Source: Iphione sp. A-MEVVRFRX5
Taxonomy: Eukaryota
Assembly: GCA_976226885.1 (NCBI GenBank)
Contig: OZ320313.1
Span: 159,402,001 to 159,466,000 of the forward strand
Length of the DNA: 64,000 nt
Direction of reading: 5' to 3'
The notes under the pieces were generated by a model that made no database searches, was not told the origin of the DNA, and saw only the letters and a list, made by a program, of their open reading frames with translations. The stretch's first letter is position 1; every line of letters starts with the position of its first letter. Position numbers and translations under genes: made by a program. This document shows positions 26,403-40,750 of this stretch, piece after piece.

Positions 26403-27116
26403 AACTAAACAAACTGGAATGGTTCTGGTTGAGGTACTTGGGCATACAGAGTAAGGAAAAGCTCCGCCATCGTGTCTATGTAAGCAGTGATTTAGGATAG
26501 TGATAAGACATCTTAGAGGTAAACGGTGGCTAAGGCGCAGATTATACATCATAAACCTACAATATTGTATGAAAAGTAGAAGTTTTACTAGCCACACGGT
26601 CAAAGATCAAAGCTTAAGGGTAGCGAGGGAGCTGTTCGTAAACGTTTGCAGGAATGTGACAGTTGCCATTGACAGATACCTGAAACTTCTATTTTTTGTC
26701 AAAGAATCGCTTGTAGGACGGTCTAGGTAATCTTACCTATACTGTAAACCTTGGATGACCCTTGGCCTTCCCTTACGGGGGGCTTAAGTGATTGTCCCTC
26801 CCACAACTTGAGTGATTTGTAACAAGCCCAACAAGACCTGGGCAACAGTTAAAAGATTGATATTTGACCGGCGCCTCTCGAGGAGGTAAACGCTTCTGAC
26901 GGGCCAGTTCCCAAGCCATAGATGTGCGTAGGGGTGTGAAATCCCTCTGCCTCGTAGGGCCAGCCCTGCCGGCCAAGGATTCTCTGTTTCTCTACCCAAG
27001 TTCAAATGAAGGTGAGAGTAAGCTGGATAGGCTTGGTGATAGAGCCTCGGCCAGAGCTGACGTGTCTAGGATAACCTATACTTGGAGGGGGGCACAGGGA
27101 TATCCTTCTCTAGCTG

Positions 27117-27130
27117 TCACCAGATGGCGT
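27117..27130 (+). promoter_or_regulatory. CTCF-like motif
   Basis: TCACCAGATGGCGT versus consensus CCACCAGATGGCGC; mismatches only at the ends. Confidence 0.4.
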
Positions 27131-30107
27131 CTAGACAGCAGTGTATTAAACGCAGGGGTACGAGGTTAGATATGTGTCACAACACCTGGGGCAATGATAT
27201 TCATTTCCCACGCCCAGAAACGTTTGAAAAGGGAAACCGGTGGTATAAAAGGGTTCTCGTTAGCCTCACTTCAATAGAAGGACGGGTACCTATACGGTGA
27301 CATTTACTCAATGACATATTGATCATCCTTGACAAGAGAGCCTTTTTCCCCTTGAATCTAATTTCTGTTGACTATTGACGTAACCATTGCGACAAATAAG
27401 CACACCTGTAATACTGAGACTCGGCTTATCATAAATACATGTGTATTTTTGTATATTTGCACATGTATACATGAATATAATAAATGTCTGCCGTGATATT
27501 GATCTCTGAAGCAGAACAGTGCACTGTCATGTGTAATTGAACACCTGAAGTTCTTGTTAAATGCATCAGTCCAGGGAGAAGGGGGCACGTCTTACCTGCA
27601 GATACGAAATTAAGCCTACCTATTAAAGAAATCCAGTTTGATGAGAAGGTACCGCTATATTTAGATTACATGCTGGCTACAGGGGCTGCATTAACCGGCC
27701 GGCCGGCCCTGAGTGAGACCCATCAGCCTACATATGGTCAACATGACGCCACACAATGACCACTTATGTAAGGACGCATTGGTGCAGACAATAGAATGGC
27801 CATCGATAGCTCTGTCACCGCCAAGGTTTGCTAGCCAACTGGACAATAGCGGTCCGCGCCGACACTGAAGGACCTCTAATGGACATCTTGCCAAGTGCTA
27901 ATCTACTCTTTTACAGGATTCCTTTTATGATGAAGCCGTCGTCCGAGTTCGTTGAATGCTTTCCATCTCGTGATGGGGAATGCGAATGGTATGGGTACAA
28001 ATTAAACGTTGGGAGCTTTTGAATTGGCCAAGCCAACATTAACTCAAAGGCACGGTATCTGTAAGGTTTTACTGTGTATTAGCTCTGTGTTTTACGAGAT
28101 AAAGGAATACAATAATCTCAGTGATATATTCCTTAAATGGTGTAGCTATTTTGTTTTTTTGGGGGAAACCAACTGATAAAGGACCGTTTTTATAATCAAA
28201 ACGTCACATTTCTGAGGCTACACGATTATTGATCATGAATACATTAAACATGCCCAAGATTAATGATGGACTTTTCGAGTGATACTTATTTGAATTCATA
28301 ATGTATCGCGCTTGCTTAGAGGGTCGTAAGCGGACCTGGAAAGAGCATCGCTGTAAGTAATGGCTGGTCGTTTGGTATGCGCGTGGCACCTCTGGGAGGA
28401 GGCTGTAAAACCATAATGTGCAGAGGGAAGACTGTGAACCACACTTCACCAGTGCCACCTTGTTATGCATTCTTAGTTATACAAAGTTGCATACACCACA
28501 GAGGCAATGTTGGCAGGCAGCCAGAATCGCCCGGCGGATAATCAATATTCCAGACGAAGTAATATCACTTCAGACTCGTGGGCAAATATTTCCACGCATC
28601 TCTACTTATAATCTGGACCTAAGACGTTAACACAGTCTACTTGATAAACTGATCATTCGAATCCGGTGAGGTTGAAATTACTTCTTCTTGGTTATTCATA
28701 AGTGAAATAATATCCATATGCAAAGGTTATCTCAGCAAAACAATAAAGAAAAACTGGTTATTCTGGCAGGCTTACAGCTTTTGGATTAGAAAGTGGACTT
28801 GGAATGCATTATTCTCTTAGGTGCATGCCCTGTATGATAAATATGGGATCGTGGTACCGTTCCTTCTGTAAACATTTTAATCCGGTGTACTGTGGCAGTT
28901 GGCCGTCCCACTGGTAGCCTGGCGTGTTTGACTTAAGGAGCGAGGTTTAGCTGCTGAAGTAGGGTACATTGTAATGATGTTCGCCTTTGAGAGGCAGGCC
29001 GAGGCATTGTGTAGTTTAAGGAAGATGTCAGTGTGTGGTAGGGTGGGGAGTGACGGGGGGGGGCGGATAGCGGGACACGACATCCGTCGTATCCAATTCG
29101 TGACACACAACTGTATCCATTTACCTTGTAATATGCTGTTGAAAATAGGGCGGACGTGGACATGGGAAAATGCCAATCACCGGTGCCTGGTTGGGTTGTG
29201 CATGAATACTTCATCCTACGTCAACTGAACACTGACAAGTGTAATCACATTTAATAGACATTCCTCATAAGCGTGACTTTATAGAGCTCTTTCCCATGAG
29301 ACTTAGGAATGCTTCATTGCTTCCACGATGCTGTTTTTCTCTTGGAAATACAAATTTTTATTCTGTAATCCTGTGATTTTTGCCATCCAACGAAAGCTTT
29401 CATCCACCTGCTGATAAGACGTCTAAAGAATGACAGCCTCGACTAATTTCTAGTTTGAAATTTGTTGCCGTCTAAGTTGACTATGATGTAACAAATCATG
29501 GGATTTCTTTTAGTATTCCCACGCTTATCGTGAAAAAAGAAGGAAAAAAAACCTTTAACAGGCTTTTAGTCAGTGACAGCCTGCCAGAACAGATTTTCAA
29601 TGGAAATCGAAAGGCCGCTCAAGAAGCGCAAGCTTGATGTGAAATATTGACGCATTCCATGTTGTGATATTGCATGTAATTGCAACCCGAGAACAAATCC
29701 GTTCTCCAATCTGGAAGTCAAATCAACCCTCCCACCCCTACCCCGCTTTCCAGCAGAAGCTGGCGACCATAGTCTGTCGGGGTGACTTGTATCCAAGGAG
29801 AAACCGTTTTACATTTTTATCAACCGACACGAGTCTTGACGTCAGAGGCAAGTCTCCTATCCTCAAATCCATTCAGCCTTGTTTCTATGGGAACCATCCA
29901 ACAAATAATCATTTTCATTTTAGTCCATCGGGAACGGGATATGAGATTAAATATTGCTTCGTATTTATAGAACGTAGTGGAACATCTACAAAAAAACAAA
30001 CGTGTATCCTTCTGTTTAAATGCTTGTTATTGATAATAAATGTGATTTGGTGGGGAAGTTGGCCGAAATGCTGGTCGACCAGTCGAGTCGGCCAGGAGAA
30101 GGAAATA

Positions 30108-30123
30108 TGACCTCGGATGAACC
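30108..30123 (-). promoter_or_regulatory. DR4 nuclear-receptor element (TR/RXR or LXR/RXR type)
   Basis: The minus strand reads GGTTCA-tccg-AGGTCA, with both half-sites perfect. Confidence 0.45.
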
Positions 30124-33100
30124 AGGGCGTATAGATGGCGATAGGAGAGCATCGACACTGCTGTCCCTTCAAGCTCGAGTGACATTAATAAGCCTGATAT
30201 ATAACCGGACTCCAAATGGAGGTCGGGTCTCCTAGTGTATTTTTCTCATCGCTGTCAGAGAGATTAAAACCTTTATTCATGCATCACATGTATGCCATTT
30301 TTACGCTTTAGCACTGATGGTATCGTTTTATGCTTACCAAAACATCCCCTTCATTGACGTTTAAAATATACGTTTTCTGGCCTGCAAAGAAAGCCTGAAA
30401 CCTCAGTCCAATCCATCAAAAAATGAAGTGTTAAATATCATCGGGAGAGAGCCACGTTTTACATTGGCCTCGAAACGACTGAGGTGCACATGTCGTGCAT
30501 GCCTGTACATACCCAAGAGGCAGAGGATTAAATGAGGAAGGTTTCATTTTACTGTCCACTTCAGCTCGTTATTGGCGGCCAAAACCCTTCTGGAACAGTG
30601 TGTCCATTTCCCCGACCACCCACCCTCATTCCCACCCACCCACTCACCACCATAGCCTTATCCTCCACCCTGATAACCACTGCAGAACGCAAATAGCATC
30701 AATCCAACGAGAAAACAGGAGCCTCTTCTGGATGTGCTGTGCAAATCACCTCTGCAGGCCGTTCTGATGGAGGAGACCATCGCCCGGGCGGTGGGCATGA
30801 GGAATCAAGGCTCCACACGCCCGTAGGCATTCGACCGGTCAGGATCAGCCGAGCAATCCGTGAAGCCATTGGAAAAGCAGCTCAGTGGCGACCCCTCCGT
30901 TACCAGCACCTTCTCCACCGCCAGTGGCCGCCCTGCAGAGTCCATTAGGAAGCACCAAGGAAGCAAATGGCCGCCCAGCGCGGCACCGTCATCATGCAAA
31001 CGCCGCTGACCTGGGCTGGCTGCTGCCACTGCAAGTGCAATTGGAGGACGATGTATCATAGCACGTCGCACTTCTGCGTTGATGCTGTCCATTCTTCATG
31101 TGCTTTCTTGCGACCGCTTTTAATGCCAGAAGAAAAGGAAAAGACCAACTGCGCTGGTTTTAGCAGCCGATAAAAGAAAAGGAAAAATTGCAGGGAGCCT
31201 GCTGAGAAACTGAGACAGAGAGGGCAAGATTCCTAGAAAAAAACAGACGGTGGATGTGAGGGACTGCAGTGAAAGAATGCTTTAAACACAGAAACGATTC
31301 CAATGTCTCATAACGTATGATATTTACATAACGCTACTATTTTTGAACACAACGAACAAAGGTCGTCCTCCAGCCTTCCTGTGGAACAACACAGGACTGA
31401 CGTTAGTCTGTAAATCAAAGCGCAACCATGACAGAGTAGACAATGCTGAGGGGGGAGAGAACTCTAATGCTCTCTTCATCCACGCTCGGAAGCATTGTTG
31501 CTTGGCGTCACAATGGATCTGATCGCTACACGGTCCTGCGTTTTTTTAAAGCCTTAGATGAGTTGTTCCATGCCTGATGTCCCTTATGGTGAGCACTGAA
31601 GCACTGAGGACTGATTCACATTTTTTTTCTTTTAGCAATCATACACATCAGAAACGTTAAAAACGGGATCCACAGACAGCATATTGGAGACTGTGGTACC
31701 TGCTACGTCCGTGTGGTTTTTATGTCACTACGCCTGGCACTGGCCCTTCTTCCGGTGATCTATTAGCTTGCCCATCGATAATTACCAGCACGTGGATACA
31801 GATAGAAAACACCAGACCCCCTCAAAATGGTCTCGTTATAATCACCACGTCGTGATCGCGCTGAGCCTACCACGAAGCAAAAAATCGCACCCACACAAAA
31901 AAGGGTACTTTTTCAACCATATTTTATTTATGTGAATCTGTTGGGAAGGAAAACAAAATACACGGACCTGTTTTCGTTTACGGAATATATTGCTTCTTTT
32001 AACGTATTGCCTTGTTTTTTCCCCCTCCACCCCAAAGCAAAGGCTGCAGGTGGTCTGTTGAACGTTGACCGAAAAAAAATGGCGGTGTCCGCCGTAATAG
32101 ATGTTTGTTTAGTCAAGGACTGTCGTGCCCGGCGTCCGCCAGCCACTGTCATGGGACCATTAAAAATCTAGCACCGCACGTGACTCATGACGCCATCGTC
32201 CGGACGACCATCGAGATGCCCGGCGGAAGTGGGCGATGCCACAAGTGATTGATGACCTTAACGACCTCACTAACGAGGCGGCCATATTGGGTAACGTTGA
32301 CCTTTACCCCTTGAGGACTTGGCCTCATCTGCCCCGTCTGCCATGACACTTACCGAGCGAAGAAGAAAAGGCAACTCGCTAACTTATACTAAATTGAGGT
32401 GCCAGGACCTCTCGGCAGGGTATAGATAAGGGCCTGTTAAGCCTGTTCTCCGTCTTGCAAAAATACTCGCTTATCCAACACATTACCTCCCGTATTTACA
32501 TAACAGTGTTCCAGACACAATTATTACCTTCGATGTAGTCCTTGTATGGCATATTATATAATATCAGTATTGTTATTTGATACACGTACAGTATAGGAAT
32601 TCCATGGAGACACACGTGCCAATTATTTCTCTGTTTAATTCAATCAACGTACACACCGGTCGCAATGGCAGCACATACAAAGTGAGTCTCAGGTAGCAAG
32701 AGACTGTTGGACTTGGGAGAGAGGACGAGAGAGAATAAAAAAGGTCAGGGACCATGTAAGCGATCAGGATGTCAGCGATAATCGATCGCTAAATGACGAA
32801 TGGCACCAGGTAAATGTTGCCATTCCATCCACAGTGTTGCAGTTTCTAGTCGACATTCGACCTAAATTTGTCACTCGATGCAATCCCCTATCGATTTATC
32901 GAATGTCAATAAAGTGCCGGATAGGAAAGAATTATATACAAAATCCACGAGGATGTAAGAATAACGTTGTGAAGAATTATGTTCAATGTTGATGTGCTGT
33001 GTAGCACGATCTGTCCCTGTTTCTAAAACCAAAACATAGAGCATATATATTGGAATGTTAGAGAGAATGCTACACTCCCACCAGGTATAAGTCAATTGCC

Positions 33101-36100
33101 ACTGCCTGAAATATATTGGCAATGAAATCAATCATGTGTACTACATAAAACCCGTGTATTATGCATTCTTCATCCATTTTTATGTTAGGACCGTGAGTTA
33201 ATTTTCCTCTGCCGACGGTTAGGAGCCCTATCAGATAATGTGGCAGCAGACTGGAGTCACAGCAAATGAATACATGTAACACCTAAAAGTAGACTAGTAA
33301 TGAAGCCACCCCGATCTGACGGTCTTCTGCAGCAAACGTTGACCTCATGTAGAATACCGAACCTGGACGTTCAAACTAATCGTTGGGTCGCATCGGGGAG
33401 GTGGGGACGGGGCGCCGGGGGGGGAGGGAGATGAACTATGGCGAGACGATGCATTAACGATGAATGATTCGAGCGGCGGTGAATACAGACACTACCGTTA
33501 GATTCGAGCAATTATGGGCATTTGCCGGGAACCCCGCGGGATGGGACTGTACGCTAGGGTCTGTCCCCTGCTCGTGTGTCGGGGACTGTTGTTAGCGGCA
33601 TTCGTCAGCAGTGGTCTACATAAAGTCGCACATCATTGAGTCACCAACAACGAAGGCTTGGCGTGTACCTCTAAATATTAACCTTTATGCCAGAAGGCTG
33701 CATTCCAGCAATGTTCAGTGTAATACTCTACAGTATTGGCCCACAGGCTCATACATACGCACGCACATAATTAAACTTTGTCGGTAAGGCGAAACTCGAT
33801 AGAGCGAAATATGGACTTAACGATTCAAATTTGTGTGGCTTATGCAACTTTACTTTATTTTTAACAGTAAGAATGACCTAGGGTCGTATTAAGATATACT
33901 TTAAATGTTGAGAAATGGGGCAGGGCCTTCCCTGCAGTGGCTAGCGTGAAAACGTACTGGAAGAAGGCCATACATTGTGAGTGAAAAGTCTACTTTTAAA
34001 ATTCACCGAAACTTAGGACGTATTTTTTAGTGGCTTTTCCTTGAGTGACAGTTGAGCTGTGCCAATCACAGTGCATCCTGCCAGAAGTGTGGGAAATTCA
34101 AGCATAGACAATCAAAGCTGGATAGCCGTACAGTCTATGGGAAGGTTACATATTTGTGTTAATATTACAGATAGAATTATTTACTTTTGACAGCATCAAT
34201 ATAGCATATCAACAATGATTCATAGCAATTTTTGTATTTTCCCATCCAATAGATATTAAGTTATAACACTGAAAAGGACTTGGGAAGCAGCAGAATGTTT
34301 ATGCCAGAAGCATGTGGCTATTACGCTTGGCAGCGGAGGAGAGTAAATGCTGAATTGTGGACGTACCCGTAAACAGACTGGATCGAGGAAGATAGCCTTC
34401 ATCAAAGAACCAAATCAGAGGATGTTGTTCAAATATGGCATAGGTATTGTAGGTAAGTATGTTTCAGGCAGTCCCCTAATCATCGATACTATATGTAACG
34501 AAATTTCCACTTGCATGTATAAATGGTATCTTTTCGTCAATAACCTTTTATCAGGAAAGGAGTATGCATAAAACACTAATCTTTTTAGCCCGTCGGAGCG
34601 TTTGCAGTCGGAAGTGATTTACAGTGGTCGAGTTCACTACTACACCTTTAATACGCCTTTAATAAATAATACAAAACGCAGCGCTATTTTTTTCCTCAGC
34701 CACGACTGTACTGCCAAAGCTCCGATGCCAAAGACCAGGTGCACCTCCTGGCAATCTCTTCAGATATATATTTTGACATGAAGCACCTGTGTACAATGGC
34801 TTTGACTGCAGTACTTCAAAGCACAAAGCGTTCGATAGACCTACCGTTACCTGTGTTCTTTTTAAGATTTTGTAATCAAAGCTTGTTGGCGTGAACAAAG
34901 GTTAAATACACGGGACAATCAATGTACTATTAAAGAGGCTAACGCCGTGTTAATTGTATCTGACTGGATAAATATATGAAAAATATGGCACGGAACAGTA
35001 CGAGCTGAACAAAAAACATAGTTGTGCATTCGTACAACAGTGACTGGCTCTTGCCAAGAGGGATACGAAGATGTATAGCAATTCAGTATATATACGATCA
35101 TGTTTTACGCATCATTACATTGACTACAAAGTTTCGAAAAAAAATCAATTTGTGTTAAGTATACACAACAGCCTGCCTTGAATAGTAGATATTATTTATG
35201 TCGCGGTTGCTATTATCGTCTACGTGCACGACGGATACAGATATCTTTATGTCATAAACTTCATCGCCCGAAGTTGTGACGATCATCGCAAACAGTGCTT
35301 AATATTAATCCATCTATTTCAACATATTACTCTCTAATAGGAGTGACTCCTGAGAATGCCGCATGATGAAATACATCCTTAACGACTGCCGCATGACTGC
35401 TGGGTTTTGCAACAAGCGCTCGTATTAATGATGGGCTTTAGCAAAAAAGACAAATATATCATTTTTACAGAACTGGTGCAGGTTTCTCAGAGACTTGCGT
35501 TGCTCATCAGCTGTCATGTGAAAGATAAGTAAAATCAGATACGAATTAAAATTAGAATTTAAAAAATGAAGATCAAATATCCACACAAAATAATTGGGGA
35601 TTCCCAGCTTGGATGTAATAAGTATCCCGGTTATAAGAGACTACATAGGCGGATGAAAAGAAAACCGAAAAAAAATCCCCAATTCCACTGTGACAAATAC
35701 GGTTGCAATATCCTCTTAGGCAGATTTCGAGGGTCCCCTTCTGAGAAAAGATACTGCTACGGGTACCAGTTTTTCCCTTCTTTTGCGCTTCTTCTCTCTC
35801 TCTTATCGGGAAGGGATCGTGTCCAACCGACCATCAGTCGACAGCCGCCTGCGTCGTCCAGTATACATGATCAGAGCTTGAGATGGACCTCGATCCGCGG
35901 CAAAGTCGCCGCCTCCTCCTCTGTCCTCGCCGTCTGAAGTCTACAGGGCCGGCCTGGCACAAGGACTGATCGGACAAGATTGTCAGTAATGACACCGACC
36001 GCTCGGCATACACCTTCCAAGCCAACTTCAATCACGAGCAGCTCGCATTAGGAAATAAGGTATATTGGCACCATTTTGCCTGTTCCATCCTTTCCACGGC

Positions 36101-36689
36101 CCGGACTGCTGGTAATAGGCCGAGGATTGCTGGCTCTCTCTTCATCAGACCTTCTCTCAAGTTATCAAGCGGGCAGCCGCTGACTTCACTGTGTTCCCTC
36201 AGAAGCGAAGCTTTCATGTTTTTGCGTGTATATATACGTCTTGCTTTTCAGACAATAATATCTACCCGCCTGTGCTCATAACCTACCGCCGCAACGCATC
36301 GTGTCCTTGGATGGCACGGCTGGACAAAGGAACTTTCTGCTGTCATCGACAACCTATCTATGTCTACTTGAAGTGCTCCGCTTATATATAGAACGATTGC
36401 TAGTTCCTATATTGTTTAGATACCTTAAAGATATCTATGAGTGCTTGCTCAGGAAATGAGGAGGAGTTCCAATACGTATTGAAAACACTTGAGTACAAAC
36501 ATTCATACACGGATATTCAGTGCACGATGCAATGATGTATGCTACAGAAGGGCATTACTGAACTGGAACATAGTTGTGCATGTAACAATGCTTACTGATA
36601 CGGCATCGTAACCAGCAACACAGTGCGATATGCAAGAACATTTCCTATGATCATTAAAGATAATATACTACTTGAAAAAGTCTTAATGA

Positions 36690-36748
36690 AAGGGATCTAC
36701 ACCTGCGAGTACAGGTAGCAAGCTAAATAAAATAAAATGAAATAAAAT
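36690..36748 (+). mobile_element. Probable LINE/SINE 3' end: stem-loop followed by (AATAA)-like tail
   Basis: ACCTG-cgagta-CAGGT hairpin (36701-36716) followed by TAAATAAAATAAAATGAAATAAAAT. A 3' stem-loop plus A-rich repeat tail is characteristic of CR1/L2-type retroposons. The 5' extent is not definable by eye. Confidence 0.45.
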
Positions 36749-37910
36749 ATATGGAACTCCCGGCAGTCTCTTTCAGATTTTTGTCTTCCTCAATCTCCTG
36801 ACTGTGTTTGTGGTTCATTAATTACATCGCGCTAATATTACATCATGTATCTTATTGTATATACTAGCATAAGGTAATGTGTGAAACAGAATACATCGAT
36901 TGATATGTGTGATCATTCAAAGTTACTCACATATTGATGTCGTAGCGCCAGCCACTATAGGCAAAACGGTGATTAGTTTGAAGGATTTTTCCGAAGAGGA
37001 AGCTGGATGTCTTTAATCTCAGGAAAACCGGTTAAGATAAATATGCTACATATCTCATGAATATTTGATTGCGGAGAGTTAAACGGCATTTAAAGTGACA
37101 AATACAGAAAGCAGACCTTTACGGTCGACGTCTTCAGCTGGCATCATGATCCGCATTGTCAAGTTAAATTAAGCAAATGGGAGTTTATACATGATGTGTG
37201 TCCCTGGTACGAGGGCTGCCCTCCCCCCCCCGCCCCAATTGCCTGGAATACTACGCAGAACTAGACAGAGGAGTCATAAAGCTGGAAACCTGTCGAATAG
37301 GAGTGGCCCCGGCTGTAAAGGGGGGGGGTAGGTGGGGTTGCGTTTACCTTTCCCTGCCATGCGACTATGGACGCCTGTGTGCAGCATACCACAGATGGAT
37401 GGAGTGCCATGCTGCGTCCTCGCCCCCAAAGCATCAACACCATATGAACAGATATCGATCCCTTACGCCCCAATGTGTGGTTGCATGTTTGCCGTGGACC
37501 GTCGCTTCGCCTGCGATTCATTATAGCTACTGTGGCTCTGTTTGCGCTGAAATTTCGAATGAATATTTCATCAGCTATCTCCTGCCTCTATGCAAGTGTG
37601 ACCCCACACTTTACTGCAAATTAAAGTTCAGTAAAAAATATTTTGTATCCGTTCGATCTATTCGGCGAATAAGATTCTATTTAAAAGTAAGACGCCAATA
37701 TATGTGCATATAAAGAACGGAATGGTATTAGTGGCATATCAAATGCTTTGACATTATGCCGACCAGGAGGATCGGATCTGTTGTCCTAGACATAAAGTCT
37801 TAATTCAACTTTTACTAAGTACATTCATCGTTTTGTTTTTCGATTGATTGACCTGTCCTATATTCTGTGCATTTACACCATGGTATCAAACTTCCGGGTA
37901 CTATGTTCCC

Positions 37911-37929
37911 GTCTTCCTCTCTCTGTTTC

Positions 37930-37973
<44 letters not shown>

Positions 37974-37985
37974 CCACTCTCTTTC
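37911..37985. repeat. Compound (CT)n/(CTGT)n microsatellite
   Basis: Read directly. Confidence 0.9.
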
Positions 37986-39999
37986 TTACCTACTCTGGTC
38001 TCTCAGATATACCAACCGCCATTCACATCCACGCGACTAGTCAGATCCTGCGGATTACAGCCTGCGTCAATATAGTCTCTCCAACCTGATCGAAATGTTT
38101 TGTTAGGGTATTTGCATTCCATAATGAAACACACCATGGCAGATCTTCCACAAAGATCTCAAACAAGCCCTAATCCCTAATCCCGAAGATATCAATAGTC
38201 TCGGCTTTAATGGTAGGGATCCAAGCACGGCCCAACGCTGGGTTGGGTTGCTACAGTCGATGCATTGGCGCCATTTGCGATTTCAAAACTCGCTTGGGGG
38301 CTATTGGTGGTCATGGGTTATCTGATGGACAGCAAGGCCGGGTGGGAAAACAAAAAAAGGAAATCGACAGCCAGTGTAGGTTCTGATAAATCCTGCTTCG
38401 CACGCCGAAAATGTGCGATTCCTAATCCGTTCGCACAGAATTGGATTAGTACGGGTGGGGGGGTTGGTAGGGGCGCTGCGATGAGCTTCTATCGCCAGGC
38501 ACAGGGGCATTTTATCACGGTGACCGTTGCCGAGGGGAAATATCATGGGAAATGCCAATGTAAGCTCTGAGGAGGAGGAGAGCGTCGACTATTCGGGCCT
38601 TCCATCTCTTGCCCCTTCAAAGTACATCCCCCCCACACATAACTGAAGCGTCTGCATTGTGTAGCCTGTCCGGACGGTGAATTGACACCGACGGCAGAGG
38701 GGGTCCCACCAGTAGTCAGCTGTAACTGTCTGGCCGTCAGCAGAGCCCGCTGCCTGAGACCTTTCACGGCAGACCTTGGACCACTGCTCCATGCGAAGAC
38801 AATTTTTAAAGAAACCTTTTGGGACCGCAGGCATGAGGTCACTGAAATATTCCTTAATTGAGTTCTTTCCTCTGTGTGGACTAAATCGGCCAGGAGTAAC
38901 CCTTTTGTCTCCGGAAACTAATCTGAGGACGAGGTAAAATTAGGATGTCTGTAATCACCATCAAGAGATTTGATTGACCGTGGATGAATTAGGAATTCCT
39001 CTTCTTTTTACTGATAGGAAAGATAATTTAATTACTGTCACTTCTTCAGGGCATTAGGCCGGGTGCTATTCTGGAGCACACAAAGTATGAGATCTCACTC
39101 TCTGTAACTAAGTAGGCACTGCGGCTTTACCAATGTGAGATGTGAGTGTTTTATGGCTTCTTAGTGCTCCTGAATCACCTGTACACTACAGTTAGTAGCT
39201 CTTAATGTTCCCTGATGGAAAGGATCTCCATCGACTGATTTTATGACCCCTCCTAAATACACTTCCACCCTTCTAGTGTCCATCCCACTCTACCTTTGCC
39301 AGTCATTCCACTACTGATACGAGGTTGCCTTTATGAAAATTGATCTTCCCCGCAAGATGGACTGAAGCTGTCATCCTTGGAACGAGTACTATATAATCGC
39401 CCATTCAGATGATGATTTGGCGTTCACAACGATAATGCAAGTGATTTCCTGTTTAGTCTTGGCACTTTCCGCCTCGATGGTGGGCTGCGGACCTCTTTAT
39501 CGCTGATATTCACTTCAGCTGATCGCAATGTCACCCGAGCTATGATATCCATCCTCTCCATTCATGGCGGGGTAATGCAAGTACGCCCCTACGTTTCAAG
39601 TGGCATTTCATCAGCCCCTGCCTGGCGTATGCTCGTCTATACACCGTCTAACATTCATTGAGATAAAGGAATGACTGTTGGTTTCTTGTACTTATTTCCG
39701 TCTGATCCGACATATTTGCCAACAGTCGGCACCTCTGCAGAGAAGGCCATGAAATATTAAACGCCGAATATCAATAGGAGCGAAGATTTACCGTAGGGTT
39801 GCGTGGCCGTCAGCCTTCAGTATAGTGGAAGGGTCTGGCCCGCTTCCAAAGGTACCTGGCTGAAGTGTTACTCTGCTCTACAAGCGCCTGTCACTCCATT
39901 TCGGCTGGAGCTACACCCTTGTACTACGGCTATGTCGATGACGCAGGTGCTCGCACCTATAATAACCATGTTAGGCATGTATACACAATTGGGCATGGA

Positions 40000-40750
40000 T
40001 AGCTCCCCAGTGTTCAATAGGTAACGGATGCGGTTAAGACTACAGCTACGTGTTCTCCTGCCCGGTGGTGCACATGACCGTGGGAGGGGCATGAGGATGG
40101 AGAAACGGATGGTGGTGGTGGTGGTGGTGGAGAAATACAGGCATAACACGAAGAGCGTAGCAAAAAGGGAACGATGGTGCGGGAGCCACTATGGAGCGGT
40201 ACAGCCGGCCCCCAGCAGCCAACCGTACCGATCGCATGTCAGTGTGCGCCTTGCCCCTCCCGCAGCCCGCCCGGGTCAGAACACATCACGTAACATGGCC
40301 GACGTCAAGATGGCACGGAGCCATACTTTTCCTACCGCTAGGCCGGGCGCATCCACTAGCTTCCATCCCCCCCACACCCACCCCGCCCTCCGCCTCCCGA
40401 CCACCAATAACACCACCAAGGTAGTACCAGGCATCCGTAGAGGCCGACATCAAAATTGCTGCCAAGAGCCCGTCGCCTGAGGAAAACCCCCCTTGTGCAT
40501 GAGGACGCCTCCTTCCTATTTATCGCGGCCTGGCTGCTGGTGCACGTGTGCTCCCTGCCAGTGTAAAAGGGCATGGGTCTAAATAAGGGGAGTAGGGGAG
40601 GTAAATGAGCCGTATTAAACGCTTCTAAAACAGTGCCACCTGGTGTAAACATCACCGACGGGAGCTGAAGCGTCAGCAGCAGCAGCAGGCGCAGATGGGG
40701 CAAAAAGTAGGGCACTGTCAGTGAGCTGCTCGCCGGATTGCGACCAAAGG
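40000..40750. promoter_or_regulatory. GC/CpG-rich regulatory island
   Basis: CpG-dense, with a (GGT)n run and two YY1-like motifs (AACATGGC and AAGATGGC, ~40292-40315) flanking GACGTCA, a CRE-like site. It also contains a CTCF motif. Confidence 0.5.
40633..40646 (-). promoter_or_regulatory. CTCF motif
   Basis: The minus strand reads ACACCAGGTGGCAC(TG), one mismatch to CCACCAGGTGGCAC. Confidence 0.5.
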
